Source: an uncultured Dechloromonas sp. (lineage in GTDB: Bacteria > Pseudomonadota > Gammaproteobacteria > Burkholderiales > Rhodocyclaceae). Taken from it: a DNA stretch of 64,000 nucleotides. Every line of letters begins with the position of its first letter. Within the stretch, counting starts at the first letter, position 1. The DNA lies in assembly GCA_964604465.1 (NCBI GenBank), contig CAZRYZ010000001.1, positions 553 through 64,552 of the forward strand, written 5' to 3'. Below, piece after piece: positions 44,624 through 54,501 of this stretch. The notes below the pieces were generated by a model, which did no database searches, was not told where the DNA came from, and saw only the letters and a program-made list of their open reading frames with translations. A program made the position numbers and the translations under genes.

Positions 44624-46027
44624 ATGTCTGCCAACGAAAACAAACCTCTCGCAACGCCCTACACCTGGGCAGGACGTTTTGACGAACCGATGTCTGAACT
44701 CGTCAAACGCTATACCGCCTCGGTAGACTTTGACCAGCGCCTGTGGCGACAGGATATTCGTGGCTCGCTGGCGCATGCCCGCATGCTAGCCAAACAACAC
44801 ATTATCAGCGCTCAGGATCTAGCGGATATCGAACGCGGCATGAACCAGATTATGGGTGAGCTGGAGCGTGGCGAGTTCATCTGGTCGCTGGATCTGGAGG
44901 ATGTCCACCTCAATATCGAACACCGCCTCACCAGTCTGGTCGGCGATGCCGGCAAGCGTTTGCACACGGGTCGCTCGCGTAACGACCAGGTCGCTACGGA
45001 TATCCGTCTCTGGTTGCGTGACAGCATCGACGTGTTGCTTGAACTCTTAAAGCGCTTGCAACTGGCTCTGGTGACCCTGGCCGAGCAACATGCCGCCACC
45101 CCGATGCCCGGTTTTACCCACCTGCAGGTCGCGCAACCAGTGACGTTTGGCCACCACCTGATGGCCTATGTCGAGATGCTGGCCCGTGATGCCGAACGGC
45201 TGACCGACTTACGCCGCCGCGTTAACCGCTTGCCACTCGGCAGCGCCGCGCTGGCTGGCACCACCTACCCGATTGATCGCCATTTCGTGGCCGAGCAACT
45301 GGGCTTCGAGGCTGTCTGCGAGAACTCTCTGGATGCTGTTTCTGATCGGGATTTCGCGATCGAATTCTGTGCTGCAGCATCGCTGGCCATGATCCACCTC
45401 TCACGTTTCTCGGAAGAGCTGGTGTTGTGGATGACACCCCGCTTTGGCTTCGTCATGCTGGCTGACCGTTTCTGCACGGGCTCGTCGATCATGCCGCAAA
45501 AGAAAAACCCGGATGTGCCTGAGCTGGCACGCGGCAAGACCGGCCGGGTCATTGGCGATCTGAACACCCTGCTCGTGCTGATGAAAGGTCAGCCACTGGC
45601 CTACAACAAAGACAATCAAGAAGATAAGGAACCGCTGTTCGATGCGGTTGATACCCTAACGGATACCCTGCGTATCTTTGTGGACCTGGTTCCGGGCATT
45701 ACCGTTCGTCCTGAACCCATGGCCAACGCCCTGCTGCAGGGTTACGCAACCGCCACTGATCTGGCCGATTACCTGGTGCGCAAGGGACTGCCCTTCCGCG
45801 AAGCTCATGAAGTGGTCGGACTGGCGGTCAAGGCTGCCGAAAAGAAGGGCGCGGATCTGGCCGACCTGACCCTGACGGAGCTTCGGGCATTTTCAAAATT
45901 AATTGAATCGGACGTGGTGCACGCTCTGACGATTGAGGGCTCACTGGCCGCCCGCAACCACGTCGGGGGCACCGCGCCAGAGCAAGTAAAAAGCGCGATC
46001 GAACGCGCCCGTCAGCGGCTCGCCTAG
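44624..46027 (+). CDS. argH: Argininosuccinate lyase
   Basis: [26 protein letters not shown]. Confidence 0.98.
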   Translation: MSANENKPLATPYTWAGRFDEPMSELVKRYTASVDFDQRLWRQDIRGSLAHARMLAKQHIISAQDLADIERGMNQIMGELERGEFIWSLDLEDVHLNIEHRLTSLVGDAGKRLHTGRSRNDQVATDIRLWLRDSIDVLLELLKRLQLALVTLAEQHAATPMPGFTHLQVAQPVTFGHHLMAYVEMLARDAERLTDLRRRVNRLPLGSAALAGTTYPIDRHFVAEQLGFEAVCENSLDAVSDRDFAIEFCAAASLAMIHLSRFSEELVLWMTPRFGFVMLADRFCTGSSIMPQKKNPDVPELARGKTGRVIGDLNTLLVLMKGQPLAYNKDNQEDKEPLFDAVDTLTDTLRIFVDLVPGITVRPEPMANALLQGYATATDLADYLVRKGLPFREAHEVVGLAVKAAEKKGADLADLTLTELRAFSKLIESDVVHALTIEGSLAARNHVGGTAPEQVKSAIERARQRLA

Positions 46028-46602
46028 ATCGACAATCCGGCCAGGGTGGCAACCCCCAGAATCAGAAAGAGGATCGCTGTCACCCGGTGCACCAACTCGA
46101 TGGAAATCTTTTTCAGGAGCATGTTCCCGAAAAAGACAACCGGCACATTGGCCAGGAGCATACCGACGGTTGTACCCAGCACCACCGGAACGAGATCATT
46201 GAAACGGGCCGCCAGAATCGCCGTGGCCACCTGTGTCTTGTCGCCCATTTCCAGCAGAAAGAAGATCACCGTCGTCATCACAAAGACACCATAGCGACGT
46301 AGTTTCTTTTCGGCTGTATTCTCTTCATCCTCATCCAGCCGATCGGGAATCAAGGTCCATAGCGCCATAGCCACGAAAGATAGCCCGACAATCCAGCGCA
46401 TCCAGTCGGGCCCCAACCAGTCCATCACTGAATCGCCAACCAACGCGGCCAATGCATGATTAAGCAGGGTGGCAATGAAGATACCTGCACTGATCGCCCA
46501 GGGGGAACGATAGCGCGCTGCCAACACCAGTGACAGCAGCTGGGTCTTGTCACCGATCTCGGCGAGCGCCACCACCCCGGTGGCGATCAGGAAAGCATCC
46601 AC
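46024..46602 (-). CDS. TMEM165/GDT1 (UPF0016) Mn2+/Ca2+ transporter
   Basis: Two E-x-G-D-K-T motifs (EIGDKT, EMGDKT); GTG start. Confidence 0.92.
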   Translation of the reverse strand: MDAFLIATGVVALAEIGDKTQLLSLVLAARYRSPWAISAGIFIATLLNHALAALVGDSVMDWLGPDWMRWIVGLSFVAMALWTLIPDRLDEDEENTAEKKLRRYGVFVMTTVIFFLLEMGDKTQVATAILAARFNDLVPVVLGTTVGMLLANVPVVFFGNMLLKKISIELVHRVTAILFLILGVATLAGLSI

Positions 46603-46614
46603 GAACTTGAAGCT

Positions 46615-46947
46615 TTAGTTTTTGTAGGGCTCGACCAGCGTTTGCAATTCGCCCGCCTGGAACATTTCCATCATGATGTCGCTGCCACCGATAAACTCGC
46701 CGTTAACATACAGCTGAGGAATAGTCGGCCAATTGGCATAGACCTTAACGCCCTCACGGATTTCGGGGTTATCCAGCACGTTAACCGTAAAGAACCGGGT
46801 CACACCGCTTTCACGCAACAGCTTGCAGGCGCGTTGCGAAAACCCGCACTGAGGAAACTGTGGCGTCCCCTTCATGTACAGCACGACCGGGTGGCCTTTG
46901 ACCTGTTCATCAATGAGGGCAAGGATCGGATTATTGTTATCGTTCAT
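46615..46947 (-). CDS. grxD: Monothiol glutaredoxin Grx4
   Basis: PQCGFS, WPTIPQLY, GG.D. Confidence 0.96.
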   Translation of the reverse strand: MNDNNNPILALIDEQVKGHPVVLYMKGTPQFPQCGFSQRACKLLRESGVTRFFTVNVLDNPEIREGVKVYANWPTIPQLYVNGEFIGGSDIMMEMFQAGELQTLVEPYKN

Positions 46948-47010
46948 GGCAGAACTCCAGCAGGTTGGGGAATCAGAGAGCTGCGAGTCTAGCCAAGGCC
47001 GCCGAGGTCG

Positions 47011-47463
47011 TCAAACCGGCTTACGGTGATGGTGCGGATGTCGAACGTATTCGATCACGCTATAGAGCGCCATACCGGCCAGCAACGCCAGCACGTAAAG
47101 CAACCCGGCATCAAGCCCGCTACCGAGCAAGACCAGACCGGGCCCCGGACAGATGCCCGTCAGCCCCCAGCCGATTCCGAACAGAATCGAGCCGCCAATC
47201 AGTCGCCCGTTAATCAGGTTATTCGAGGGCAAATTCATGGGTTCGCCAAGCAGGGTCTTATGTGACCCTTTCAACCAACGGAAGCCCACCATACCGGCGA
47301 TCAGACCACCACCCATCACCAGTGCCAGGGAGGGATCCCACAACCCCGTGATGTCGAGAAAACCGGCCACCTTGGCCGGATTGGCCATGCCAGAGAGGAT
47401 CAAGCCCAGACCGAGCAAGAGACCGGACAGGCCCGCCGTCAGCCACTGCATCAGTTTGCTCAT
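47011..47463 (-). CDS. YeeE/YedE-family sulfur transport membrane protein (PmpA-like)
   Basis: SGM.NP.KV..FLD, WDPSL, FG.GWG..G.CPGP. Start ATG 47463. Confidence 0.88.
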   Translation of the reverse strand: MSKLMQWLTAGLSGLLLGLGLILSGMANPAKVAGFLDITGLWDPSLALVMGGGLIAGMVGFRWLKGSHKTLLGEPMNLPSNNLINGRLIGGSILFGIGWGLTGICPGPGLVLLGSGLDAGLLYVLALLAGMALYSVIEYVRHPHHHRKPV

Positions 47464-47921
47464 GCGCCACCTCCGACCACGTGCCGGACAATAAACACCG
47501 TGACCATGGCGGAGCCCATGAAGGCAGCCACTGCCACCAGTGAACGCAGTGAAAACCGCGAAAGACCGCAGATGCCGTGACCACTGGTACAACCATTGGC
47601 GTAACGTGTGCCGAGACCGACGAGCAGGCCGCCCACAAGCAGCCCCAAGAATCCGGTCTGCTCGACAACAGGCGGCAGTTCAGCCACCAGGCGCCAGACC
47701 ATGGGCGCGCCGATCAAACCGAGCAGAAAGGCGATGCGCCAACCGAAAGCCTCATGCTTGCGCTGGACGACCAGATCAACCAAGTGCCCCAGAATGCCGC
47801 TGATGCCAGCGATCCGGCTATTCGTCCAGGCCAACCAGATCGCGGCCAGACCGATCATAAGACCACCCGCCAGTGCGGCCAGCGCGGCGGTCATGGTAAA
47901 AGCCTGCCAGTCGATGCTCAT
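47460..47921 (-). CDS. YeeE/YedE-family sulfur transport membrane protein (PmpB-like)
   Basis: RIAGISG, GTR...GCTSGHGICG. Confidence 0.9.
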   Translation of the reverse strand: MSIDWQAFTMTAALAALAGGLMIGLAAIWLAWTNSRIAGISGILGHLVDLVVQRKHEAFGWRIAFLLGLIGAPMVWRLVAELPPVVEQTGFLGLLVGGLLVGLGTRYANGCTSGHGICGLSRFSLRSLVAVAAFMGSAMVTVFIVRHVVGGGA

Positions 47922-48340
47922 GCCTTACCTCGTTTCTGGGGTGTTTGAGCGCCCGCACCACAATAGAGCGCATTCAAAGTTTCCAGAATCACCTGCACAT
48001 GGGGATGGCTGACCTTGTAATAAATATACTTGCCATCGCGTCGGGTGCTGACCAGCCCCTCTTTGCGCAGAACGCCGAGCTGCTGCGAGAGCGTTGGCTG
48101 ATGGATATCCAGAATCTCTTCCAGTTCACCAACGGCATACTCCCCCTGCAGCATCTGGCAAAGGAGCAAGAGGCGATCCGGATTCCCGATGACCTTGAGG
48201 AGCGACACGACCTGACCGGCCTGATTTCGCATCCACGTCAGATCAAGTTGCGGTAACGCATTTGCGCCATTCGCCATTAGATTCTTTGCAGAACCGCTTT
48301 TTGCGGTCTGCCCACTTCCCTGGGTATTTTTTGTCGCCAT
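47918..48340 (-). CDS. ArsR-family persulfide-sensing repressor (BigR/SqrR type)
   Basis: RLLLLCQ and C-terminal LYC cysteine pair, QPTLSQQL..LR; adjacent to the YeeE pair. Start may be further downstream. Confidence 0.85.
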   Translation of the reverse strand: MATKNTQGSGQTAKSGSAKNLMANGANALPQLDLTWMRNQAGQVVSLLKVIGNPDRLLLLCQMLQGEYAVGELEEILDIHQPTLSQQLGVLRKEGLVSTRRDGKYIYYKVSHPHVQVILETLNALYCGAGAQTPQKRGKA

Positions 48341-48466
48341 GATTGTTTTGTAGTTGGAGACGGTAATTTTTTTTCAGTATACCATGCAATATATAAGCCA
48401 GCAGCTAAACTATAAGTCACCCACGGCCACCCTGTCATCCACACTTGCTCGCGCTAAAATGCAACC

Positions 48467-48685
48467 ATGAGCAAAAAACCGACCTGGCTAAAACCGAGTG
48501 GCTCCCCGGTCTCTTGCACCGAAAAAATCAAGGTGCTGAACGAGAATTACGACGAACTCCGTACGTTGGCCCAGGAGACCCTGGATGACGCCCTGTTGAT
48601 GGGCTGCAGCGAAGCACAGATTCGTGCCGTTTTACGCGACATGATCAATGGTCTGTCGGCCAACTATGGTGAATTAGAAGACTGA
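48467..48685 (+). CDS. Small hypothetical protein with two Cys
   Basis: PVSCTEKIKVLNEN...DALLMGC; fills the gap, with a TAAAAT -10-like hexamer just upstream. Confidence 0.75.
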   Translation: MSKKPTWLKPSGSPVSCTEKIKVLNENYDELRTLAQETLDDALLMGCSEAQIRAVLRDMINGLSANYGELED

Positions 48686-48693
48686 TCGCGCCA

Positions 48694-49767
48694 TTAACTG
48701 CGCCAGTTTAGCCGCCGTGCGTGCCAATCGAGCGTTGCCGTCCTGCTCATCATTTTCTTCGCCAGTGCCGGATGCGCTTCAGCAATGACCTGACGGGCAA
48801 ACCCAGAGAGAAACGAGGCTTTAATCGCTGCCCGAGCCTGGTCTACGCCGATACTTTCATAAGGCACCGAGGATAGAACCAGAAAGCCATCATCCGGAAT
48901 ACGGCCGGCGGCCATATTGGCCTCGATAATGCCTGCCGCGCGAATAATCGGCTCGGCGAGCTGTGGACTATAAGGACCGACGATGAGTGCCAGGTTAGGG
49001 GTGTGTAAAAAATCGAAGCCTCGCCCCAGGCAGATCATCCACTCCCGATGCTCAATATCCAGCTGCCTTTCACCCCGTAGTGCCTGGGCCCGTACCTTGT
49101 TCACATGGCGCGCGTTGCCTTCCAGCAAGGGCAACAGATCGGCCCGCATGCGTTCAGGCATATCGGGCAGCAACGCCCCGAGCCGATCGGTCAGTTGCGA
49201 CGAATCGGCATCCGTCCACGCGGCCATATCCAGTTCCTGACCGTCCACACCATGAATGATCAGGGCATCCTCATCCGTTTCAAAACCACAGACCAGCGGG
49301 TAAACCGTGCCGTGCCCTGCGCCGAAGATGGTCGAAATCTGGCGATGGATGGATTGTGTATGCGCAATTGCCGCGGTTTGATCGTAGTCAAATCCGGCAC
49401 AGCCGCGGCGCCGTTCGCCCCGGGAGAAATGATAGGTTACGAGAAACAAAACCTGACGACCCTCGTGGATTCGCTCCATCACATACTGGGTCAACACTTC
49501 GCCCAGGTGAGGCCAGCCTAGATCAAACTGGCCACCCAGATTTCGGAAGGGCATCAGAATGCCGACCGGGGTCTCCGTGGCAAACGGAATGTTGATCCGG
49601 CCATCCATGCACTTGAGGACCGCAATCGCCGTCGGATGCTGACTCTGGTAACGCGTCCGTGCCAGCATGGCTTCCGGGCTGCGATAAGCCTCGCCATGGC
49701 GTTCGGCCAACTCGGCCAGCCAGCGGATCCGGTGATCAATCGGTTTGCTATGCACATCGTTCATCAC
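48694..49767 (-). CDS. CsoSCA-like beta-class carbonic anhydrase homolog
   Basis: CMDGR (CxDxR), HFSRGERRRGC (widely spaced His/Cys), GFETDEDAL.IH. Confidence 0.7.
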   Translation of the reverse strand: MMNDVHSKPIDHRIRWLAELAERHGEAYRSPEAMLARTRYQSQHPTAIAVLKCMDGRINIPFATETPVGILMPFRNLGGQFDLGWPHLGEVLTQYVMERIHEGRQVLFLVTYHFSRGERRRGCAGFDYDQTAAIAHTQSIHRQISTIFGAGHGTVYPLVCGFETDEDALIIHGVDGQELDMAAWTDADSSQLTDRLGALLPDMPERMRADLLPLLEGNARHVNKVRAQALRGERQLDIEHREWMICLGRGFDFLHTPNLALIVGPYSPQLAEPIIRAAGIIEANMAAGRIPDDGFLVLSSVPYESIGVDQARAAIKASFLSGFARQVIAEAHPALAKKMMSRTATLDWHARRLNWRS

Positions 49768-49794
49768 CGTACCCTCCCGTGAGTTAACAGCGCG

Positions 49795-50853
49795 CTAAAC
49801 GCTTCCCCGTGGAAACGCAACTAGGTGGTCAATCTCCAGCCTAATGCCGATCATCTCACCAATCTGGTGGTCGTGGTGACTTGGCACTAGCGACAACACC
49901 TGATCCCCTGAAGCCAGCTCTAGCGTATACAAGAACGCCGCACCGCGGAACACGCGTTCCACGACGCGGGCTCGAACCGGACTGGCATCATCGTGCTGGA
50001 TATCATCCGGCCGAATGAGAACATCCACCTCCGAACCGTCAGGAACATCCACCGGTTGGATCCGGCAGAGTTGACCCAGTTCAAAGTCAATGCAATTACC
50101 CCCATTGACGATGGCCGGGAGAAACACTCCGTCGCCGACAAAGGTCGCCACATGGCGCGAGGCGGGTTCGTGGTAAAGCTCGTAGGGTGCTGCCCACTGC
50201 TGCAAACGGCCATCCAGCATCACCCCCACCCGATCTGCCATGGCAAAGGCCTCCTGCTGATTATGAGTAACGAGTAAACCCGTTGTCCCCGTGGCCTTGA
50301 GAATATGATGGACGTCGATCGACAGGCGTTCGCGCAACTCGACATCCAGATTCGAAAAAGGCTCATCCATGAGGAGCAGCGTCGGTCCGGGTGCCAGCGC
50401 CCGCGCCAGCGCGACACGCTGCTGTTGACCGCCGGAAAGCTGGTGCGGATAACGCTGACCCGAATCCCCCAGCCCCACCAGATCAAGCATTTCCGATACA
50501 CGCCGTAATTTATCGGTACGCGTCCACTCGCGCAGACCGAACGCGACGTTATCGGCCACGCTCAGATGGGGAAACAGCGCATAGTCCTGAAACACCATGC
50601 CAATCTGGCGGCGCTCGGGCGCCAGTCGCCATGCTGCGTCTGCGACCCAGTGACCATTCAGGGCAATCCGCCCACCCATGAGCGGCTCGAAACCGGCAAT
50701 CGCCCTCAGCACGGTCGTTTTGCCACACCCCGAACCCCCCAGCAAACAGCCAATTTCGCCCGGCGCCAGCGCAAAGGACAATCCATCGACGATAGGTCGA
50801 TTGGCGTAACCGAGTACCACCGATTCCAGAATCAACGCATCCATAGGTTTCAT
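49795..50853 (-). CDS. fbpC: Fe3+ ABC transporter ATP-binding subunit
   Basis: GGSGCGKT, FQDYALFPHL, LSGGQQQR, DEPFSNLD, TOBE tail. Confidence 0.9.
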   Translation of the reverse strand: MKPMDALILESVVLGYANRPIVDGLSFALAPGEIGCLLGGSGCGKTTVLRAIAGFEPLMGGRIALNGHWVADAAWRLAPERRQIGMVFQDYALFPHLSVADNVAFGLREWTRTDKLRRVSEMLDLVGLGDSGQRYPHQLSGGQQQRVALARALAPGPTLLLMDEPFSNLDVELRERLSIDVHHILKATGTTGLLVTHNQQEAFAMADRVGVMLDGRLQQWAAPYELYHEPASRHVATFVGDGVFLPAIVNGGNCIDFELGQLCRIQPVDVPDGSEVDVLIRPDDIQHDDASPVRARVVERVFRGAAFLYTLELASGDQVLSLVPSHHDHQIGEMIGIRLEIDHLVAFPRGSV

Positions 50854-50863
50854 TGTTTAACGC

Positions 50864-52486
50864 TCAGTGCAATCCGGATTCCGACTTGCGGACTAGCAAG
50901 ATCACCGGGATCAGACCGGCAACCACAATCGCCAGACTGGGAAGTGCCGCGCGATCCCACATGCCCTCTGACGTCATTTCAAAAACACGCACCGCGAGCG
51001 TATCCCACCCGAAGGGTCGTGTCATCAAGGTAATTGGCATTTCCTTCATTACATCCACAAATACGATCAACGCAGCCGTCATCACTCCACCTCGCACCAT
51101 GGGAAGTTGAAGCCGGAAAAGCACATGCCTGGGTGAAAGGCCCAGCGACCGCGCCGCATTGCCCTGATTTCGGGTGATGCGCTGCATGGACGCATCAATA
51201 GGCTGGTACGCAACCGCCAGAAAGCGGGCCGACAGTGCAAGCAACATGACGACCATCGAGCCCTTAAGCAATGGCCCCAACTCCCAGCCAAACCATGCAG
51301 ACATCGTCGAGAGCTGGTTATCGACCCAGGCGATGGGAATAAAGAGCCCAACAGCCAGGACCGTTCCGGGGATGGCGTAACCCAAGGTTGCCAAGCGAAC
51401 GGTCCATTGGGTCAGCGGATCCGGATGGTGTTGCCGGATCGCACTGAGGATAATCCCCAGAAAAGTCACCACAATGGCAGCCAGACCTGCCAGCCAGATC
51501 GAGTGCAGAAGAAAGAACGGATAGCGCCCATCGAAATCTTCCTGCCAGATACCACGAACCCAGACTAGCAACTGGATCAGAGGCACCACAAAGGCCATGG
51601 CCAATACCACGCCACAGAACATCACCGCCGCCCAGCGGGCGCCCCCCTTCAAAGGAATGCGCGCCGGACTGTAGCTCTTGGCAGCATAACGCCGGTTCTG
51701 CCGCAATCGCTGGTCAACAACGGCCAGCACCAGAACAAACAGAACCAGCAATGAAGCCAGCTGGCTGGCAGCCGGTAGGTTAAAGAGTGCAAACCAAGCC
51801 TTGTAAATTGCCGTGGTGAAGGTATCAAAACTGAAAATCGAGACACTACCGAAATCTGCTAGCGTTTCCATCAGCGCCAGCGTCATGCCGCCGGCAATCC
51901 ACGGGCGAGCCATCGGCAGCGCCACTTTCCAGAATGCCTGAAAGCGGGTGTAACCAAGCACCTGCGCCGCTTCGATCGCACGCAATCCCTGGGTCACAAA
52001 GGCATTACGTGCCAGTAAATAGACGTACGGATAGAAGGCCAGGGTCAGCACCAGAATCACTCCGCCCGTTGAACGAATCCGCGGAAACCAGGGCACGCCG
52101 CCCAACCACTCACGCAGTGTGCTCTGCACCGGTCCGGTAAAGTCAAATAGGCCAACCTGGACAAAGGCCAGCACGTAGGCCGGCATGGCCAGCGGGAGCA
52201 TCAGACTCCAGGCAAAGAATCGACGCCCTGGGAACTCGCAGACGGCCGTCAGCCACGCGAGGCTGACCCCCAATAGCAACACCCCCATGCCCACGCCCAG
52301 CAGCAACGTCAACGTATTTTTCAAGACACCCGGTAGTACAAACTCCGCCAGATGCGACCAGATCTCAGGTTGCGGATCAAAGACAGACGCTAGCACCACC
52401 AGCAGTGGCACCAGCGTCAGCTGCGCAATGACCAGAGCCCGCCAGGGGCCCCAGTTGGTTGGCGCACGATGGGGCATCAAGGGCAC
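50864..52486 (-). CDS. fbpB: Fe3+ ABC transporter permease
   Basis: LPLAMPAYV, YPYVYL, ET.ADFG, GYAIPGTV, KEMP.TL. Confidence 0.9.
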   Translation of the reverse strand: MPLMPHRAPTNWGPWRALVIAQLTLVPLLVVLASVFDPQPEIWSHLAEFVLPGVLKNTLTLLLGVGMGVLLLGVSLAWLTAVCEFPGRRFFAWSLMLPLAMPAYVLAFVQVGLFDFTGPVQSTLREWLGGVPWFPRIRSTGGVILVLTLAFYPYVYLLARNAFVTQGLRAIEAAQVLGYTRFQAFWKVALPMARPWIAGGMTLALMETLADFGSVSIFSFDTFTTAIYKAWFALFNLPAASQLASLLVLFVLVLAVVDQRLRQNRRYAAKSYSPARIPLKGGARWAAVMFCGVVLAMAFVVPLIQLLVWVRGIWQEDFDGRYPFFLLHSIWLAGLAAIVVTFLGIILSAIRQHHPDPLTQWTVRLATLGYAIPGTVLAVGLFIPIAWVDNQLSTMSAWFGWELGPLLKGSMVVMLLALSARFLAVAYQPIDASMQRITRNQGNAARSLGLSPRHVLFRLQLPMVRGGVMTAALIVFVDVMKEMPITLMTRPFGWDTLAVRVFEMTSEGMWDRAALPSLAIVVAGLIPVILLVRKSESGLH

Positions 52487-52522
52487 GGAGTAGCCCCGAA
52501 GCGAAGTGGTGTCGGCAATCTG

Positions 52523-53545
52523 TTAGCGGTAACCGGCACGATCCATCAACCGGGTGGCTGCACCCTGAAGCTCGCCAGCTTTCGAGACATTGACCAGATC
52601 CATCTTGAACGGTCCCCAGTGACGAATGATCGAATCGGCCTTGATACGTGGATTCGCCGGATATTCAAAGTCATCGTTGGTATAGATCGATTGTGCTGTT
52701 TCTCCTGATAACCACTCGATCAGTTTTTGCCCACCGCCAGCATTTGGGGCATTCTTTGTCACGCCGGCACCAGAGATGTTGACATGGACACCACGTTCTT
52801 TCTGATTAGCCCAGAAAAGACCAACCGGCAGATTGGGGTCCTTGTCGAGCAGACGTGCCAGGTAATAGGTATTGACGATACCGACTTCGCACTGGCCCGC
52901 TGCAACGGCCTTAATCAGCGCCGTGTCGTCCGCAAAAACATCGGTGGCCAAGTTAGCGACCCAGCCCCGGACCACCTCTTCGGTTTTCTTTTCACCGAGC
53001 GTGGCAATCATGGTGGCCACCAATGACTGGTTGTAGACCTTCTTGGAGGTTCTCAGACACAATTTGCCCTTCCATTCAGGTTCTGCCAGTGCCTCGTAGG
53101 TCGACAGTTTCGAAGGGTTCACAAATCGTTTGTTATACACAATAGTTCGGGCTCGAACAGATAATCCGTACCATTCACCCTTGGGATCACGCAGGTTGGC
53201 TGGAATGTTTGCATTCAATGTCGGTGAATTGATGCTGCGCAGTAAACCCATACGCGAGGCATGCCATAGGTTCCCTGCGTCGACCGTAATCAGCACGTCG
53301 GCCGGGCTTTTTGCCCCTTCGGCTTTGAGGCGTTCTAGCAGGGGGCCTTCCTTATCGGTCAGCACCTGAATCTGCGTTCCCGTTTCTTTGGTGAAGGCAT
53401 CGAAAAGTGGCTTGATCAGCTGCTCGTTGCGTGCCGAATAAACAGTCACCGTATCGGCCAGGGTCGACCCAGCCAGCAATAGGCCAAACAGGCCGGAAAC
53501 AACAGTAACAAAGGATACGTATCGACTACGACGAGGGTTTGACAT
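52523..53545 (-). CDS. fbpA: Fe3+ ABC transporter periplasmic binding protein
   Basis: Signal peptide, YSAR, SPADVLITVDAG, YNQSL, NTYY, HVNISG, EYP. Confidence 0.92.
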   Translation of the reverse strand: MSNPRRSRYVSFVTVVSGLFGLLLAGSTLADTVTVYSARNEQLIKPLFDAFTKETGTQIQVLTDKEGPLLERLKAEGAKSPADVLITVDAGNLWHASRMGLLRSINSPTLNANIPANLRDPKGEWYGLSVRARTIVYNKRFVNPSKLSTYEALAEPEWKGKLCLRTSKKVYNQSLVATMIATLGEKKTEEVVRGWVANLATDVFADDTALIKAVAAGQCEVGIVNTYYLARLLDKDPNLPVGLFWANQKERGVHVNISGAGVTKNAPNAGGGQKLIEWLSGETAQSIYTNDDFEYPANPRIKADSIIRHWGPFKMDLVNVSKAGELQGAATRLMDRAGYR

Positions 53546-53589
53546 GATGGATTGACCTAGATATGAGCAGGAATTGATTCTATTTTAAT

Positions 53590-53608
53590 GGTAACTATTC
53601 TCATTTGC
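53590..53608 (-). promoter_or_regulatory. Fur box upstream of fbpA
   Basis: Minus strand GCAAATGAGAATAGTTACC matches 13 of 19 positions of GATAATGATAATCATTATC; a second partial box lies near 53571-53586. Confidence 0.75.
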
Positions 53609-53680
53609 AAGCTTTGGTAGCAGGATTTAGAATGAAATTCAGGAGATTCCACTACTGGCCTTTCAACGCGTTGACAAACC

Positions 53681-54472
53681 ATGATGCCCACACTCTTCGT
53701 CCCTCACGGCGCTCCAACTTTTGCCCTGCGACCCGGTGAAGCCGGTGCCGCTCTCGAAAACCTGGCGCGCCAACTTCAGAGGCCACGCGCTATCGTTGTT
53801 GTCAGCCCGCACTGGGAAACACACGAGCCCACCCTGGGCAAGGGAACCACGCTGGAAACCATTTATGACTTCTCCGGTTTTCCGGCAGAGCTCTACACAC
53901 TAACCTACCCCGCCCAGGGCAGTGCGGAGATCGCACAACAGGTTGCAAATTGCCTCAGGTCTGCCGGCTACCCGGTTCGCCTAGACCCGCAACGTGGCCT
54001 GGATCATGGTGCCTGGGTGCCTCTGCGTATGATGTACCCTGAAGCGGATATTCCCGTAGTGCCGCTGTCAATCCAGGTTAATGCGGATGCGGCGTATCAC
54101 TATGCGCTGGGTCAGGCGTTGCAGCCGCTGACGGACCTGGGCATTCTCGTGATGGGCACCGGCAGCATCACCCATAACCTGGGCGATTACATACACTGCG
54201 TTCGAAACGGGCTTCCCACACCTGAATACGTGGGCCGATTCGCCGACTGGGTGGATGCACAGCTGCAATCCGATGATCTGCAAGCACTACTGGATTACCG
54301 TCACCGTGCAGCCGATGCCACACGTGCCCATCCGAGCGAAGAGCATTTCATGCCCTTCTTTGTTGCGCTCGGCGCGGCTGGGAAACAAGCGGTTGCCCAT
54401 CGTTTTCATCAGGGTGTTGATGACCTGGTCATTGCCATGGACGGCTACCAATTCGGTCGAACGGTACAATAG
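53681..54472 (+). CDS. LigB/DODA-type extradiol dioxygenase (YgiD-like)
   Basis: FVPHGAP, SPHW, YDF.GFP, GLDHGAW.PL, THNL, HP..EH. Confidence 0.9.
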   Translation: MMPTLFVPHGAPTFALRPGEAGAALENLARQLQRPRAIVVVSPHWETHEPTLGKGTTLETIYDFSGFPAELYTLTYPAQGSAEIAQQVANCLRSAGYPVRLDPQRGLDHGAWVPLRMMYPEADIPVVPLSIQVNADAAYHYALGQALQPLTDLGILVMGTGSITHNLGDYIHCVRNGLPTPEYVGRFADWVDAQLQSDDLQALLDYRHRAADATRAHPSEEHFMPFFVALGAAGKQAVAHRFHQGVDDLVIAMDGYQFGRTVQ

Positions 54473-54501
54473 ACACTTCAAAATCAATCAAGAGCCTCAG
54501 C

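Noticed and set aside
46603-47010. yybP-ykoY manganese riboswitch for the GDT1 gene
   Set aside because: Only 12 nt precede the gene and no GGGGAGUAGC-like core is present upstream of grxD.
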